NCBI RefSeq assembly: GCF_009914755.1
Contig: NC_060929.1
Origin: the human T2T-CHM13v2.0 reference genome, Homo sapiens
Direction: 5' to 3' (one strand)
Length of the DNA stretch: 64,000 nt
The position numbers and the translations under genes are program-made. The notes under the pieces are model-generated. The model ran no database searches, was not told the DNA's origin, and worked only from the letters and a program-made list of their open reading frames with translations. This document shows positions 1 through 17,990 of this stretch, one piece after another. How positions within the stretch are numbered: the stretch's first letter is position 1; each line of letters opens with the position of its first letter.

Positions 1-776
1 GCTGCCAGCACAGCAGTCTGAAGTCAACCTGGGATGCTCGAGCTTTGTGGGGGGAGGGGCATCCACCATTACTGAGGCTTGAGTAGGTCGTTTTCCCCTC
101 ACAGTGTAAACAAAACCACTGGGAAGTTCGAACTGGGCAGAGCCCACCACGGCACCACAAACCCGCTGTAGCCAGACTGCCTCTCTAGATTCCTCCTGTC
201 TGGGCAAGGCATCTCTGAAAGAAAGGCAGCAGTGCCAGTCAGGGGCTTATAGATAAAACTCCCGTCTCCCTGGGATAGAGCATCTGGGGAAAGGGGCAGC
301 TGTGGGTGCAGCTTCAGCGGACTTAAACGTTTCTGCCTGACAGCTCTGAAGAGAGCAGCAGATCTCCCAGCACAGTGCTCGAGCTCTGCTAAGGGACTTA
401 CTGCCTCCTAAAGTGGGTCCCTGATCCCCATGCCTCCTGACTGGGAGATACCTCCCAGCAGAGGTCTACAGACACCTCATACAGGAGTGGTCCGGCTGGC
501 ATCTAGTGGGTGCCCCTCTGGGATGAAGCTTGCAGAGGAAGGAGCAGGCAGCAATCTTTGCTGTTCTGCAGCCTCCACTGGTGATACCCAGACAAACAGG
601 GTCTGGAGTGGACCTCCAGCAAACTCCAGCAGAGCTGCAGAAGAGGGGCTTGACTGTTAGAAGAAAACCAACAAAAAGAAAGCAATAGCATCAACATCAA
701 CAGAAAGGACACCCATGCAAAAACCCCATCTGAAGGTTGCCAACATCAAAAAGCAAAGGTAGATAAATCCACAAAG

Positions 777-1798
777 ATGAGGAAAAACCAGTGCAAAAAA
801 AAACCCTGAAAATTCCAAAAACCAGAACACATCTTCTCCAAAGGATCACAACTCCTGGCCAGCAGGGGCACAAAACTGGACAGAGAATGAGTTTGATGAA
901 TTGACAGAAGTAGGCTTCAGAAGGTGGGTAATAACAAACTCCTCCGAGCTAAAGGAGCATGTCCTAACCCAATGCAAGGAAGCTAAGAACGTTGAGAAAA
1001 GATTAGACAAATTGCTAACTAGAATAACCAGTTCAGAGAAGAACATAAACAACCTGATGGAGCTGAAAAACACAGCACAAGAACTCCATGAAGCATACAC
1101 AAGTATCAATAGCTGAATTGATCAAGCGGAAGAAAGGATATCAGAGACTGAAGATCAACTTAATGAAATAAAACGTGAAGACAAGGTTAAAGAAAAAAGA
1201 ATGAAAAGGAATGAACAAAGTCTCCAAGAAATATGGGACTATGTGAAGAGATCAAACCTAAGTTTGGTGCACCTGAAAGTGATGGGGAGAATGGAACCAA
1301 GTTGGAAAACACACTTCAGGATATTATCCAGGAGAACGTCCCCAACCCAGCAAGACAGGCCAACATTCAAATTCAGGAAACACAGAGAACACCACTAAGA
1401 TACTCCTCGAGAAGAGCAACCCCAAGACACATAATCGTCAGATTCACCAAGGCTGAAATGAAGGAAAAAATGTTAAGGGAAGCCAGAGAGAAAGGTCAGG
1501 TTACCCACAAAGGGAAGCCCGTCAGACTAACAGCAGATCTCTAGGCAGAAACCCTACAAGCCAGAAGAGAGTGGGGACCAAATTCAACATTCTTAAAGAA
1601 CAGAATTTTCAACCCAGAATTTCATATCCAGCCAAACTAAGCTTCATAAGTGAAGGAGAAATAAAATCCTTTACAGACAAATGAATGTTGAGGGATTTTG
1701 TCACCACCAGGCCTGCTTTACAAGAGCTCCTGAAGGAAGCACTAAATATGGAAAGGAAAAACTGGTACCAGCCACTGCAAAAACATACCAAAATGTAA
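777..1798 (+). pseudogene. Disrupted L1 ORF1 (RNA-binding chaperone ORF1p)
   Basis: ATG at 777; fragments MKRNEQSLQEIWDYVKR and RRATPRHIIVRFTK..KEKMLR in different frames; stops and frameshifts. Confidence 0.93.
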
Positions 1799-1861
1799 AG
1801 ACCATCAATATTATGAAGAAACTGCATCAATGAATGGGCAAAATAATCAGCTAGCATCATA

Positions 1862-5690
<3,829 letters not shown>

Positions 5691-5912
5691 AGAGTTGGAC
5701 GATGAGAACGTATGGGCACAGGGAGGGGAACATCACACACCAGGGCCTGTCAGGGGGTAGAGGGCACAGGAAGGGATAGCATTAGACGAAGTACCTAATG
5801 TAGATGATGGGCTGATAGATGTAGCAAACCACCATGGCACATGTATACCCATGTAACAAGCCTGCACGTTCTGCACATGTATCCAAGAACTTAAAGTATA
5901 ATAATAATAAAA

Positions 5913-6245
5913 AGATAAGCAAAAGAAGCCAGATACAAAAGATATAATATCATGTGATTCCATTTATACGAAGATTCAACTTATATGAATTTATATGAAG
6001 TGTATTAGTTATAGACAAAACTAGTCTGTCGCTGTAGAAGTCAAAGTAGTGATTATCTCTGCTGCAGAAATGTAAAAGGGCAAGAAAGAGCCTTCTGAGA
6101 TATGGGAAATTGTCTAATCACCTGATTTGAGTGATGATTCAACAGTGTGCACGTGTTTGTTGCTGTGAGTGTGTGTAAATTCATTGAATTGTACAGTTAA
6201 GATCAATGCACTTTACACCATATATATGTATACTTATATGTATAT
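5913..6245 (+). mobile_element. Ancient L1M (L1MC/ME-type) 3' fragment
   Basis: aaaagaagccagatacaaaa...tgattccatttata and tcattgaattgtacagttaagat are typical old L1M 3' motifs. Confidence 0.65.
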
Positions 6246-7234
6246 TTAAAGAGAGAGAGAATAATTTCTGCATGCCTGACATTTAGCTGGGCCTTTGAGA
6301 TATGTTGATTAACAAAGCACACAGTTTTATTCCCCTTGGTATAGTGTATTCCTGGTACCAGTTCAGTCTCTATACTCAGTAAATGGTTGGTAATCTGAAC
6401 TGAGCTTTCTTCTTTTATACTAAGCATTTAAACTTTAAAAAATATATACTATTGCTGATGCTAATGGCAACAGCAGTGCTTCACTTTTCCTTGACAAACA
6501 TGTTTTGTTTTTAGGCTTTTTTAATCCAAGGTCATCCTGATGCCTCATTATGGAAAAATCCCAGAATCTTTCCTCCCTTCAGCAAAGGAGCTACATGCAC
6601 TTTCATCCTGCAGATTTCAAAACTGATTATCTGTGCTGCTAGCATTCTCCATATCCCATGGAGTTGTGTGCTAAAATCCAGAGCAATGAATACACCTCTG
6701 AAAAATGATGCTTTCGAACCTGCCTCGTGGTGCAGTAAATTTAAAAGTACTCTTAATAATAATAAGGATCAACATTGACTTTAATAGTCCTCAAGCCCAT
6801 CACGTAATTTCATTAGCCACCCAGCACAGATGCAAGCAGGGGTGATGTCATACTTTTTCCCCTTGCTCTGAAACCTGAGTCAGGCGCCAGAGATGGAAAC
6901 CAGTTTTACAGACTCTAATCGGATTAAAGCTCCTGGCAGCCTCTAATCAATAGGTGGTAGCTGGAGGAATCTCAAAATGTTCAAAGCCCTCTCTGGCCCC
7001 TTCATGGGCATGGCCTCACTCAAGTAGAAAGGAAGTTCAGGTGGTCTCTTTCTACAAGTGGGGAAAATCTAAATGGTATGTCCTAGGGCACTGTGTTAGT
7101 TGCAGTTTTCCCCAGGACTCAGGTCCATACATGAGAGAGGGATTGTCACTAATGCAGCAGCCTCAAGTTTTCCTTTCTGATCTTACCTAAAGGAAACCTC
7201 TAACTATTCACACAACCATCATACAGTAAACTAG

Positions 7235-7480
7235 CAGTTATGATCACAGGCTTTGGTGTCAGGCACAGCTTGATCTAAAACCTAGCTCTTCCGCTGACTA
7301 AACAACCTCTAGCAAGCTAGCCTACCTGTGTTAGACTCAATTTTCTCATCTATAAAGTGGGGATAATAACACCTACCTCACAGAAGTGTAGTGAGGAAAA
7401 AGAGAGTTAATGTGTACACAAAGGGCTTATGACATAGTCCTTGCCCTGTGTAGTTACATGCTCAACAAATGATTGCTAAT
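7235..7480 (+). mobile_element. MIR SINE
   Basis: Core ctcaattttctcatctataaagtggggataataacacctacctcacag. Confidence 0.8.
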
Positions 7481-8112
7481 AAAAAGAAATAAGCTATGAT
7501 TAATAGCTACCAGTTATCATTATGATTCTTAAAACTCTGAAATTCCCTCTTACAATCAGAGAGAATTCTTTTTTGCCTTTATCATTTTACTTACCTGAAC
7601 TTTCCCACCTCTCCAACTTAGGGCAAGTGGGAAGCCAGTGCCTAGACGTGCTCATAATTTCCAGGTTGCTTTAACAAGAACTTCAATAACACGGCAAAAT
7701 ACAATGACCTCATCATCCCAATGTTGCAGAAGTAAAAATCAATGCTACTTAAAAAGCCTGACAATCAATCAAAGTCTAGCCAGATATCCGTGGAAGTCAA
7801 ACAGACCATATAAAACTCAGATTCACCTAGGGATCTCATTAAAGTACTGCAGCAGTAGTTCCCTGATGTAAGCTGGGAGTTTTCACTTGGCTTTTTTTTT
7901 TCAAATATGGAGTCCTGGTGAGGTCAGGGCTATATGTCTCCCCAGCAGCTGGCTCAGGAGCACTTTTATTGGCTGGATGCCCTCACTGGAATTACCAGTG
8001 CAAACGGTCATTCATACGTCAATGTCATCCCACCCTCCCATGGTGACACAGACCTTCTCCTACTGAAACCACATGCTGCTTTAGTCCAAAATAAGCTCTG
8101 AAAAAGTAATAA

Positions 8113-8424
<312 letters not shown>

Positions 8425-8430
<6 letters not shown>

Positions 8431-8535
8431 AACCCTTACCTGTTTCTCCTTTGCAGGGCAGATAGAACATGATAATTGGAGATGCATGAAACGTGATTAA
8501 TCTCTCTGTATAATCAGGACTTGCAACACACTTAA
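8425..8535 (+). pseudogene. U8 snoRNA (SNORD118-derived) retrocopy
   Basis: gggataacccttacctgtttctcct..gggcagatagaacatgataattggagatgcatgaaacgtgattaa..taatcaggacttgcaacac matches the recalled U8 sequence; box C TGATGA reads tgataa; 3' end and box D not recognisable. Confidence 0.9.
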
Positions 8536-8837
8536 TTTTTTTTTTAATAGTGAAAATTTTATTGGAGATCATTGAAGTGAAGACTGATAAACACTTGCCC
8601 TGGGTGGGTTACAACCAACTTTTCTTTTTTTTTCTAAGTTTTTTAAATTATATTTTAAGTTCTTGGATACATGTGTAAAACGTGCAGGTTTGTTACATAG
8701 GTATACATGTGCCATGGTGGTTTCCTGCACCCATCACCCCGTCATCTACATTAGGTATTTCTCCTAATGCTATCCCTCCCCTAGCACCCCAACTCCCCAA
8801 CAGGCCCCAGTGTGTGATGTTCCCCTCCCAGCGTCCA
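8536..8837 (-). mobile_element. 5'-truncated L1PA7/8-like 3' end with 3'-transduced sequence
   Basis: L1 3'UTR 8645-8837, T-rich tail 8620-8644, unique 8546-8619 with minus-strand AATAAA, second T tract 8536-8545, 17-bp TSD tgcaacacacttaattt (8522-8538, 8838-8854). Confidence 0.92.
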
Positions 8838-9446
8838 TGCAACACACTTAATTTCTATTGCATAGTACTATAGGGGTTACAGAAAGCATAATTTTAAGAT
8901 AATGGATTTATATTCTATGGGCTTCTTTCTAAAACCTTATAATTCAAATATGAATATAAGACAAATCCCCTCCCTGAGCTCAGGTCATTTTAAGAGATAA
9001 CACCTACTATGGACCACATGTTCTTCGAGGCACAAGAGATACAAAGATGGATAATGCATGAGCCTGCCCTTCTTCAGATTCTATGAAACCAGAAGGCACA
9101 GATCCCCCTAACTCCAGACCCAGTCCCCCAAAAAACACCAACAGGATTAAATACACACCATTGAGTTAATGGGACACACCATTGAATTAAAACTTTTTTT
9201 TACTCTAGCAGTAAAGAAAATGACTAAACTCTGGATTATCTACTCCAGAACAATCAACTTAGAGTAGAAACTTAAGCTACTATGAAAAAAATGATTGAAC
9301 CGGAATAAGAAGGCCTGATGTTCCCAACAGCATTGGCAACCGATTCATTTAGAAACTCAGTAAAAGTCAACTCAGAAGCCCACTTCTTAGCCAACTTCAT
9401 GTCCCATGCATACATGGAGGGTAAGGGAATGAGTTTATACATTTCA

Positions 9447-9750
<304 letters not shown>

Positions 9751-9789
9751 AATTATGTCTTCTTAAATCCCTCAGGAACACACTCTCAT

Positions 9790-9932
9790 TTCTTTAATTC
9801 ACCTCCCTATTTGTAAGTATAATATTAATACCTCCCTCCTGGGGTTGTTGTGAGGGTTAAATGAAGCAATATTTTTTTTAGTCTAAAAAAGCACCTGGCT
9901 TATACTAGGGACTCACTGAATGATAGCTAATA
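9790..9932 (+). mobile_element. MIR fragment
   Basis: atacctccctcctggggttgttgtgagggttaaatgaa. Confidence 0.7.
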
Positions 9933-10329
9933 GAAAATTCAGTACCAGGATCCTCAAAAACAATGTGACCACAGACACCACGCCCCCTGGCTAGCTTCTG
10001 GTTTTTCTTACTTTGAAGCAGGAGAAGCAGACTTCTTTCTGGTCGTACCAGCCTAGAAAGATCTAAGCTGAGCTACTAGTACAAGAAGATCACGGGGCAA
10101 TGATTCAATCTTGACAAAAGATCTAGAAACATAGCTAACAGAAAACACAAAGATGACAGGAATATCAATAATCTCAACAACTGTAAACAGGTTACGTTCC
10201 CTTATTAAAAGAGCTTTCAAATTCATTTTTTAAGGCAAGGTCCATCTATATGCTATTTACAAGAGATGTGTGTAACACAAAATAATGCAGAAAGGTTGAA
10301 AACATGCAGATGCCCAAAGAGAGACCAAG

Positions 10330-10696
10330 TGCTATAGTCTGAATATTTGTGTCCCCCCAAAATTCATATGTTAAAATCATAACCCCCAAGATGATGGCAT
10401 TAGGAGGTGAGGGCCTTTCAGAGTTGATTAGAGCATGAGAGTGAAACCCTCATGAATGGGGTTAGGGCTCTTATAAAAGCAAGCCAAAAGAGACCCCTTT
10501 CCACCTCTACCATGTGAGGACACAGTGAGAAAGCATTGTCTATGAACCGAGAAGCAGACCATCTACAGACACTGAATCTGCCAGCACCTTGATCTTGGAA
10601 TTTCCAGACTCCAGATATGTGAGAAATAAATTTCTGCTGTGCATAAGCCACCTAGTTTATGGCATTTTGTTGTAGCAGCCTGAAGGGACTAAGACA
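10330..10696 (+). mobile_element. MaLR LTR (MLT1A0-like)
   Basis: tgctatagtctgaatatttgtgtccccccaaaattcatatg ... gcagcctgaagggactaagaca. Confidence 0.9.
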
Positions 10697-10884
10697 GCAG
10701 GGAAATATAAACAAAAAGAAAACAATATAGCAATATTAATATTACCTCAAATCGAATTCAAGGCAAAAAGCTCTATATGGGACAAAGAAAATTGTTTTAT
10801 ATTAATAAACAATAGATTCATCAGAATATATAGCAACCATGAACATTTTCACCCTGAATATCATGGCAGCAGATACATGGAGAG

Positions 10885-11075
10885 TAATGACAACACGTCA
10901 AGCACAATTCCAAGGTCATTGCATATAGCAACTCATAATCCTCCCAAGAACCCAGTAAACTAGATGATGTGATTTTACAGTTAAGGAAATGTGTCCAAGG
11001 TCTGTCAACTCATGAGGGTGGAGCGGGTATTCAAACCAGGCAGCCTGGCGTTAGCATCAATACTCTCAATTTTTT
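10885..11075 (-). mobile_element. MIR
   Basis: attttacagttaaggaaa...ggtattcaaaccaggcagcctgg. Confidence 0.65.
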
Positions 11076-11080
11076 TACTA

Positions 11081-11623
<543 letters not shown>

Positions 11624-11707
11624 TCATAGCAAATTATGATCTCTCTAAAAATGAGACACATTCTTTTTAAATGTTTATGAAACATTCATTTAAAATACAT
11701 AAAGAGA

Positions 11708-11967
11708 GGCCGGGTGTGGTGGCTCACGCTTGTAATTCCAGCACTTTGGGAGGCCCAGGCAGGTGGATCACGAGGTCAGGAGATAGAGACCATCCTGGCT
11801 AACACGGTGAAATTCTGTCTCTACTAAAAGTACAGAAAAATTAGCCGGGCAGGCTGAGGCAGGAGAATGGCGTGAACCTGGGAGGTGGAGCTTCCAGTGA
11901 GCCGAGATCACGCCACTGCACTCCAGCCTGGGCAACAGAGTAAGACTCCGTCTCAAAAAAAAAAAAA
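11708..11967 (+). mobile_element. AluY/Sc8-like with ~35-bp internal deletion
   Basis: ttagccgggc joined directly to aggctgaggc; TSD aaaatacataaagaga. Confidence 0.93.
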
Positions 11968-13032
11968 TACATAAAGAGAAATCATTTACTAGGCCACAGA
12001 AAAATGTCTCCGTAAGTTTCTGATGGTAGAGTTCTTATAGGGTTCATTTACTGATTAAAATGGAATTAAATTCAAAACTTCATTGTTCTAAATAAGTCTG
12101 TGTCAAAGAATAAATAAAACCTTAATTTATAAATTATTTGAAAATTAACATATGTTGAAACACTAAATAGAAAATTCTATGGGAAGTAGCCAAAGTTTAC
12201 TCAGGAAAAAAATCATATCCCTAAATAGGTTTTTTCCTAAAACAAGAAATGTCTAAAATAAATATTTTTGGAGCATTAGACTCAGAAGCTAGAAAAAGAA
12301 CAACAAAATAAACAAAAGAAACCAATGAATTAGGAAGTTTAAAACAACTAGAATTGTTGAGTAAAACCAAGAGCTAGTTCTTTGTGGGGAAAAAAAGGAT
12401 TAAGGGATGTCTGACAAATCTGTCAAAACAGAAAAAAGTTTGAGAACACATACGCTACATTAGCAATGAAAACATACATCTAACTACAGATAGGGAGGAG
12501 ACTACTTTTAATAAAATAATACTATTTATATCCTTATGGCAATAATGTAAAGCCAAAAAAACTATTTTCTAAGTTACTACTACGAAAAAAAATTGAAATG
12601 ATTAGTGAAATCAACTCCCCTCAAAACTTCCAGATGTTGGGTTTATTTAAAAAGTCATATAATGCTTTCAAGAACTCATTTCACAGGGCTAATGCAACCC
12701 TGATAGCAAAAGCTGAGAAAGTGAAAAAAGAACCAAAAGTCAAATTCATTTATTAATACATATATATGGAAACACCCTAAATATAATATTTACAAATAGA
12801 ACCAACAACACATTAAAAGCACAATGTAACACCTTTACCTAGGATTTATTTTAGGAATTCAAGGATAGGTAGTTAGAAAAAATATGTCAATGTAATTCAC
12901 TAGATTAATGAATAAAAATCAAATGGTCTTTTGATAAATGCAGAAAATGCAGTTGATAAATTTCTGAATCCATCCTGGGTTAAACTTATGGGTAAACTAG
13001 AAATAGAAGGAAACTTTAATATGATACAGATC

Positions 13033-13338
13033 TTTTTTTTTTTTTTTTTTTTTGAGACAGGGTCTCACTCTGTCGTCCAGGCTGCAGTGCAGTGGTACAA
13101 TCTCGGCTCACTGCAAACTTCACCTCCCGGGTTCAAAGCGGTTCTCCTGCCTCAGGCTCCCAAGTAGCTAGGACCACAGGTGTGCCCCACCACACCTGGA
13201 TAATTTTTTGTATTTTTAGTAGAGACAAGGTTTCACCATGTTGGCCAGGCTGGTCTCAAACTCCTGACCTCAGGTGATCCGGCCGGCTTTGGCCTCCCAA
13301 AGTGCTGTGATTACAGGTGTGAGCCACTGCACCCAGCC
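13033..13338 (-). mobile_element. AluS
   Basis: poly(T) then complete antisense Alu dimer. Confidence 0.95.
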
Positions 13339-13577
13339 AGTAACAGTCTCTTCAAAAAGTCACTATTATCTGGAGAAAAAAGTTAAGGGGCCGTTCTTTA
13401 TTAAAAAGAAAGTAAAGAGACCTAAACACCAAAAGCAATGGGTAAAACTTTATTGACCCTTTGGTTTTAAAAAAATAAAAGCAGCAACAAAATATATTTT
13501 GAGGAGAAAATATGTACACAAAGAGCAGTAAAAAGGTTAGTATCTCTATCTGATGAAGAGTTATTGTAAATCAGTGT

Positions 13578-13879
13578 TATTTATTTATTCATTCATTTAT
13601 TTTGAGACAGGGTCTCACTCTGTCACCCAGGCTGGAGTGCAGTGACATCATCACGTCTCACTCAACCTCGACCTCCCCAGACTCAGGTGATCCTCCCAAC
13701 TCAGCCTCCCGAGTAGCTGGGACTACAGGAACACCACTGTGTCCAGCTAATTTACATATTTTTTGTAGAGACAGGGCTTCGCCCTGTTGCCCAGGCCTCG
13801 AACTCCTGGGCTTAAGCAATCTTCCTACCTTGGCCTCCCAAAATGCTAGGATTACAGGTATAAGCCACCATGCCCAGCC
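13578..13879 (-). mobile_element. AluJ
   Basis: ctcctgggcttaagcaatcttcc; degenerate TSD taaatc.gt.tt. Confidence 0.92.
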
Positions 13880-16064
13880 ATAAATCCGTATTTTAAAAAG
13901 ACAAGTAATCTCCTCTTGCCCCCCAAATAAGTAAAAAATCATGAACAGGACAATTTCAAAAGAAATACAAATTGCCACAAAAAAAAATATTTAAAAAGTA
14001 TTTAGCCTGATTAATAGCCAAAGAAATTTAAATTAGAATAAAAATGAAATATTTTTTTCAGTTTCAGATTAGCAAAGATTAAACAGAATGATAATATTCA
14101 AAGTTGGCAAAGGTGTAAAAATACTCTACTGATGAAGTGCAAACTAGTTCACCTTTTTGGAGGTCATGAATTAGATAATGTGCAACAAAATTTTTTAATT
14201 AAACATAAATATTCCTTTTGATCTAGCTGTTAAACTCCTAGAATATATCTAAGGGAAATAAGCAAGTAGGTAAAAATGAATATATATGATTTCTTATTGC
14301 AGTATTGTTTATAATTTTTTTAATTAAATCTAAATGACGAATTAAATAAGTTGTGCCAGAGCCATATAACCATATACTCTTAAGCACTTGGAAAGAACAA
14401 ACACTGTAACTCTATGTATTAGCATAGAAAGAGGTCTGAAAAGTATTTTAAATTAAAACAGCTTATAGAAGAGTAGGTATGATTTTATCTAAAAAAAAGA
14501 TACATATGTGCTAATACATGTGTTTATAGATGCATAGAAAAACTACTGGAAAAGTATACAACAAATCATAACAGTGGTTATATCTGTGGGGTAGAATTAA
14601 GAGGACTTTCTACTGTATGTCTAAAATTTTAGTGATTTATAATCAGCATATATTATGTTTACAATCAGAAAACTAATACCAGTACCTTGCAGAGAGAGAG
14701 AAAGAGGGATCCTGCGTTCTCTTTAATGAAGACAAAGTCCTTGCTCCATCTTAATGGGCTCCTCAAGACATACCCAGGCAAAGCCACTGGGCTTGGGGCA
14801 AAAACTCAGCCAGCACTGTGAAAATAAATCTTGCAGTATAAAGCTCCACACACCTGAGCCTTGAGTCATGTCAGAGATTGGGCCCTCTTTAAGTCATCCG
14901 TATTGCTACTGAAGTAACTACTCCACATCTGGGAATGAAAGTACATTTCCCCAAGGAAGCTCCTGTTTCCAAATCTCCACCCTGGTTTACCATCAGCTGA
15001 GACTCTTGGCCCCTCTTGGACCATCTGCTCAGCAGACCTCTGATCTGGTTAACAGCTTCATTATTTTTAAACTGTCTCTAAGCACAGATTCAGAAGCAAG
15101 GGCAGCAAGAATCTCTCCTAAGTCTCCGAAATAAAACAGTCCCTATAATCTGCTTCCCATGGCCCTCTGTGACTAGACCATGACAGGAGGTGTCATAATC
15201 ATCATAACATCTTTGCCCTGAGCATCAGTACATAAAAGCAGGCGCTTAGCATGGGGCATCTGCCAGGTCAATCCAAGCCAGAGGCTAAGGGAGGGCTTTG
15301 CCAAAATGATTCTGAGTGTCACGGAGCTGTGTCTGAGGGCTTCAGCACCTGAGGGTGACTCAAGAAACAGGTCCAAGATGCTGGGTTAGCAAGGAAAGAC
15401 AGACTCTGGGTAATTACGATCATGACTTGAATACCGTGTGTGAGTAATTAATAATCTATAAATGTCCTGAATGAGTGCACATATTGAGTTATTCCATCAT
15501 TAAACACGGTGCCAATGTTAATGCAGTTCCTCTGGAGGGTTCATTAACTGGACAGAGCGTCAAGTCAGAGTGAATTTATTTTTTCATTTCTTCCATTTAC
15601 TTTTTATTTTGTTTCCTTCCATTGTTCATAAATAGAAGTAGTAATTATGGGGGATGGAGGGGCAGCATTTCTCAATTCTTTTGCTGGATATTGTAGGGAA
15701 AGGTGGGAATTACCTGTAATCATCTTGCCAAGTCTGAAAGAAAACTAAGTGAAAGTAAATAATTAGCTGACAGATTTTGGATTTTTAGGTACTTTGAAAA
15801 GCCTAATTTCTAAATACTAGAAAGCTGTTGTTTTCATCATGCACTGTGTATATCTGACTCAGTGATCTTTAGGCTAGAGAAATCACTGTGCAGGACAATT
15901 CAAAAGACACAAAACTCCCATCTTGCCATGGAGGGCTGCAAGTGCCTGGAGAAAAGTTATCTATACCTAAGCCCCACCTCAGAATACTACCTGCTGCCCC
16001 AGCATCTCTCAGGATGAGCATCAGAAGGACCTGGCTGGGTTCTGAGAAAAATGGAATGTTAGAG

Positions 16065-16195
16065 AGATGAATAGATAGATAGAAAGATGGATGGGTGAAC
16101 AGATGGATGAATGACTAGACAAGTAGAAAGACACAGACAAATGGATGGATAGTAGGTAGGTGGCTTCCTCTCTCCCTCCCTCCCTCCCTCTCTCC
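16065..16195. repeat. Degenerate (GATA/GATG)n and (CCCT)n simple repeats
   Basis: atagatagatagaaagatggatgg...ctccctccctccc. Confidence 0.8.
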
Positions 16196-16719
16196 ATGCC
16201 TGTCCATCCAAGCAAAGACCAGGGAATGTCTCCTACCTCAGACTAAGAGGTAGCCATACTGCTTCCCAGGACCAGTTCTCTTGTTGGCTTGATCACACTC
16301 CTTCTGCCCCCTCCCAAATCTTATTCCTCATCTATCCCCTGTCTTGATTAATCTCTCTCTCCACTAAAGATTCAGCTTACAAACACCTTCAGTTTTCCTG
16401 TAGGCTGATATATATATATATATACACATATGTATATATGTATTCCCCCAACCATCTTCTCATCAGGCTAAATTCAATTTCATTCCCTCATATGCTTCTT
16501 CTGGACCGAGTTCTCCACATCCTACCATCTATGTTCAGTCACCTCCACCCACTGCAACTTGAGGCCCACCCTCCACTCCATGCTCCTCAAAGGTCCCCAG
16601 CCCCCTTTCCCAACCTAAATCCCATGGTTTCCTCTCCTTGAAATATCTGAACCACATTATCTGCCTTGAAACTTTACTCCTGTTTCTTTGTTTTCCACAT
16701 TTCCAGCAATCTTTCCTGA

Positions 16720-17990
16720 TTTATTCATTCTTTAATTTATTCAATAAATATTTATTGAGAACTTATTTTGTTCCAGACACTGAGCTAGAGATGTAGGGAA
16801 CACAAAATGACCAGTTCCTAGACCTTACTCTCAAGAGCTGAGAAAGAGAGCTAGTTATGTATGCAGGTGAGTTACAATAACATAGGATCAAGTAAACATT
16901 CATTCATTGATTCAAAAGGATTGCTGAGCACTTACTAGGTGCCAAGCATAGTTCTAAGAACTAGGGATACAACAATGAACAAAACTGATAAAGATTCTTC
17001 CTTTATTAAGTATGTACTAATGGAGGAGAAAAACACTATGTGAGTAAAATATAGAGTAGGTCAAAATATAATGTGTTATGGAGAAAAATAAAGTATGAAA
17101 GGAGAATAGAGAGAGGCCTGGGGGAGGGAGGGTTTGTAGTTTGCAATGGATTGATCACGGAAAAGCTTACTAAGGCAGAGACATTTGCACAAAGACTTGG
17201 CCGGGCATGATGGCTCACTCCTGTAATCCCAGCACTTTAGGAGGTCAAGGCGGGCAGATCACCTGAGGTCAGGAGTTCAAGACCAGCCTGGCCAAAATGG
17301 CAAAACCCCGTCTCTATTAAAAACACCAAAAAAATTAGCTTGGTGTGGTGGTGGGCACCTGTATTCCCAGCTACTCGGGAGGCTGAGGCAGGAAGAATTG
17401 CTTGAACCCAGGAGGTGGGGGTTGCAGTGAGCCAAGATCACGCCACTGCACTCCAGCCTGGGCAACAGAGCAAGACTCTGTCTCACAAAAAAAAAAAAAA
17501 GGCTTAGACGAGGTGAGGGAATAAGCCTTGTACGTATCTGACGAAAAGAATTCTGGCAGAAGGAACAGCAAATGGGAAGGCCCTGAGGCAGCGGGGTGTC
17601 CAGTGTCCTGGGACAGTGAGGGGGGTGAGAGTGGTGAAAGGCGAGGTCATAAATGTAGGGCGGGGGCAAGGCAGTGTGTAGGGCCTGTGGTCCCTCAGAG
17701 GCCTGGGAGTTCCGCTCTGCATGAGACAGGAGACCACCAGACACCTGGAACAAAGGAATAACATGATCTGAACTACATGCTGAAAAGATCCCTGTCCTGC
17801 ATGTAAAACAGACTCCTGGAACACAGGCAGAAGCATGGAAACCCACCACAGTCCTGCAGGATAGAGTTGGGGGTGTCTTGGAGCAGGGGAAGTGGTGGGA
17901 GAGATACAAAATGATTGGATTTGGGGGACATTTCTAAGGCAGAACTAACAGATTTAGTGCCGGATTCCAAGTGAGAGCTCTGCAGAGGTA
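16720..17990 (-). mobile_element. L2 fragments (two 3' ends), the second split by an Alu
   Basis: attcaataaatatttattgag at ~16740 and cattcattcattgattcaa..gagcacttactaggtgccaagca at ~16900. Confidence 0.8.
17199..17500 (+). mobile_element. AluSx-like
   Basis: Complete dimer; TSD aaagactt/aaaggctt. Confidence 0.95.

Noticed and set aside
7595-7757. Minus-strand exon ending at a perfect CAG|GTAAGT donor
   Set aside because: Acceptors are weak and all three frames of the 163-nt version contain stops; a non-coding exon cannot be excluded
17277-17909. 210-aa ORF
   Set aside because: Spans L2 and Alu sequence; typical antisense Alu peptide
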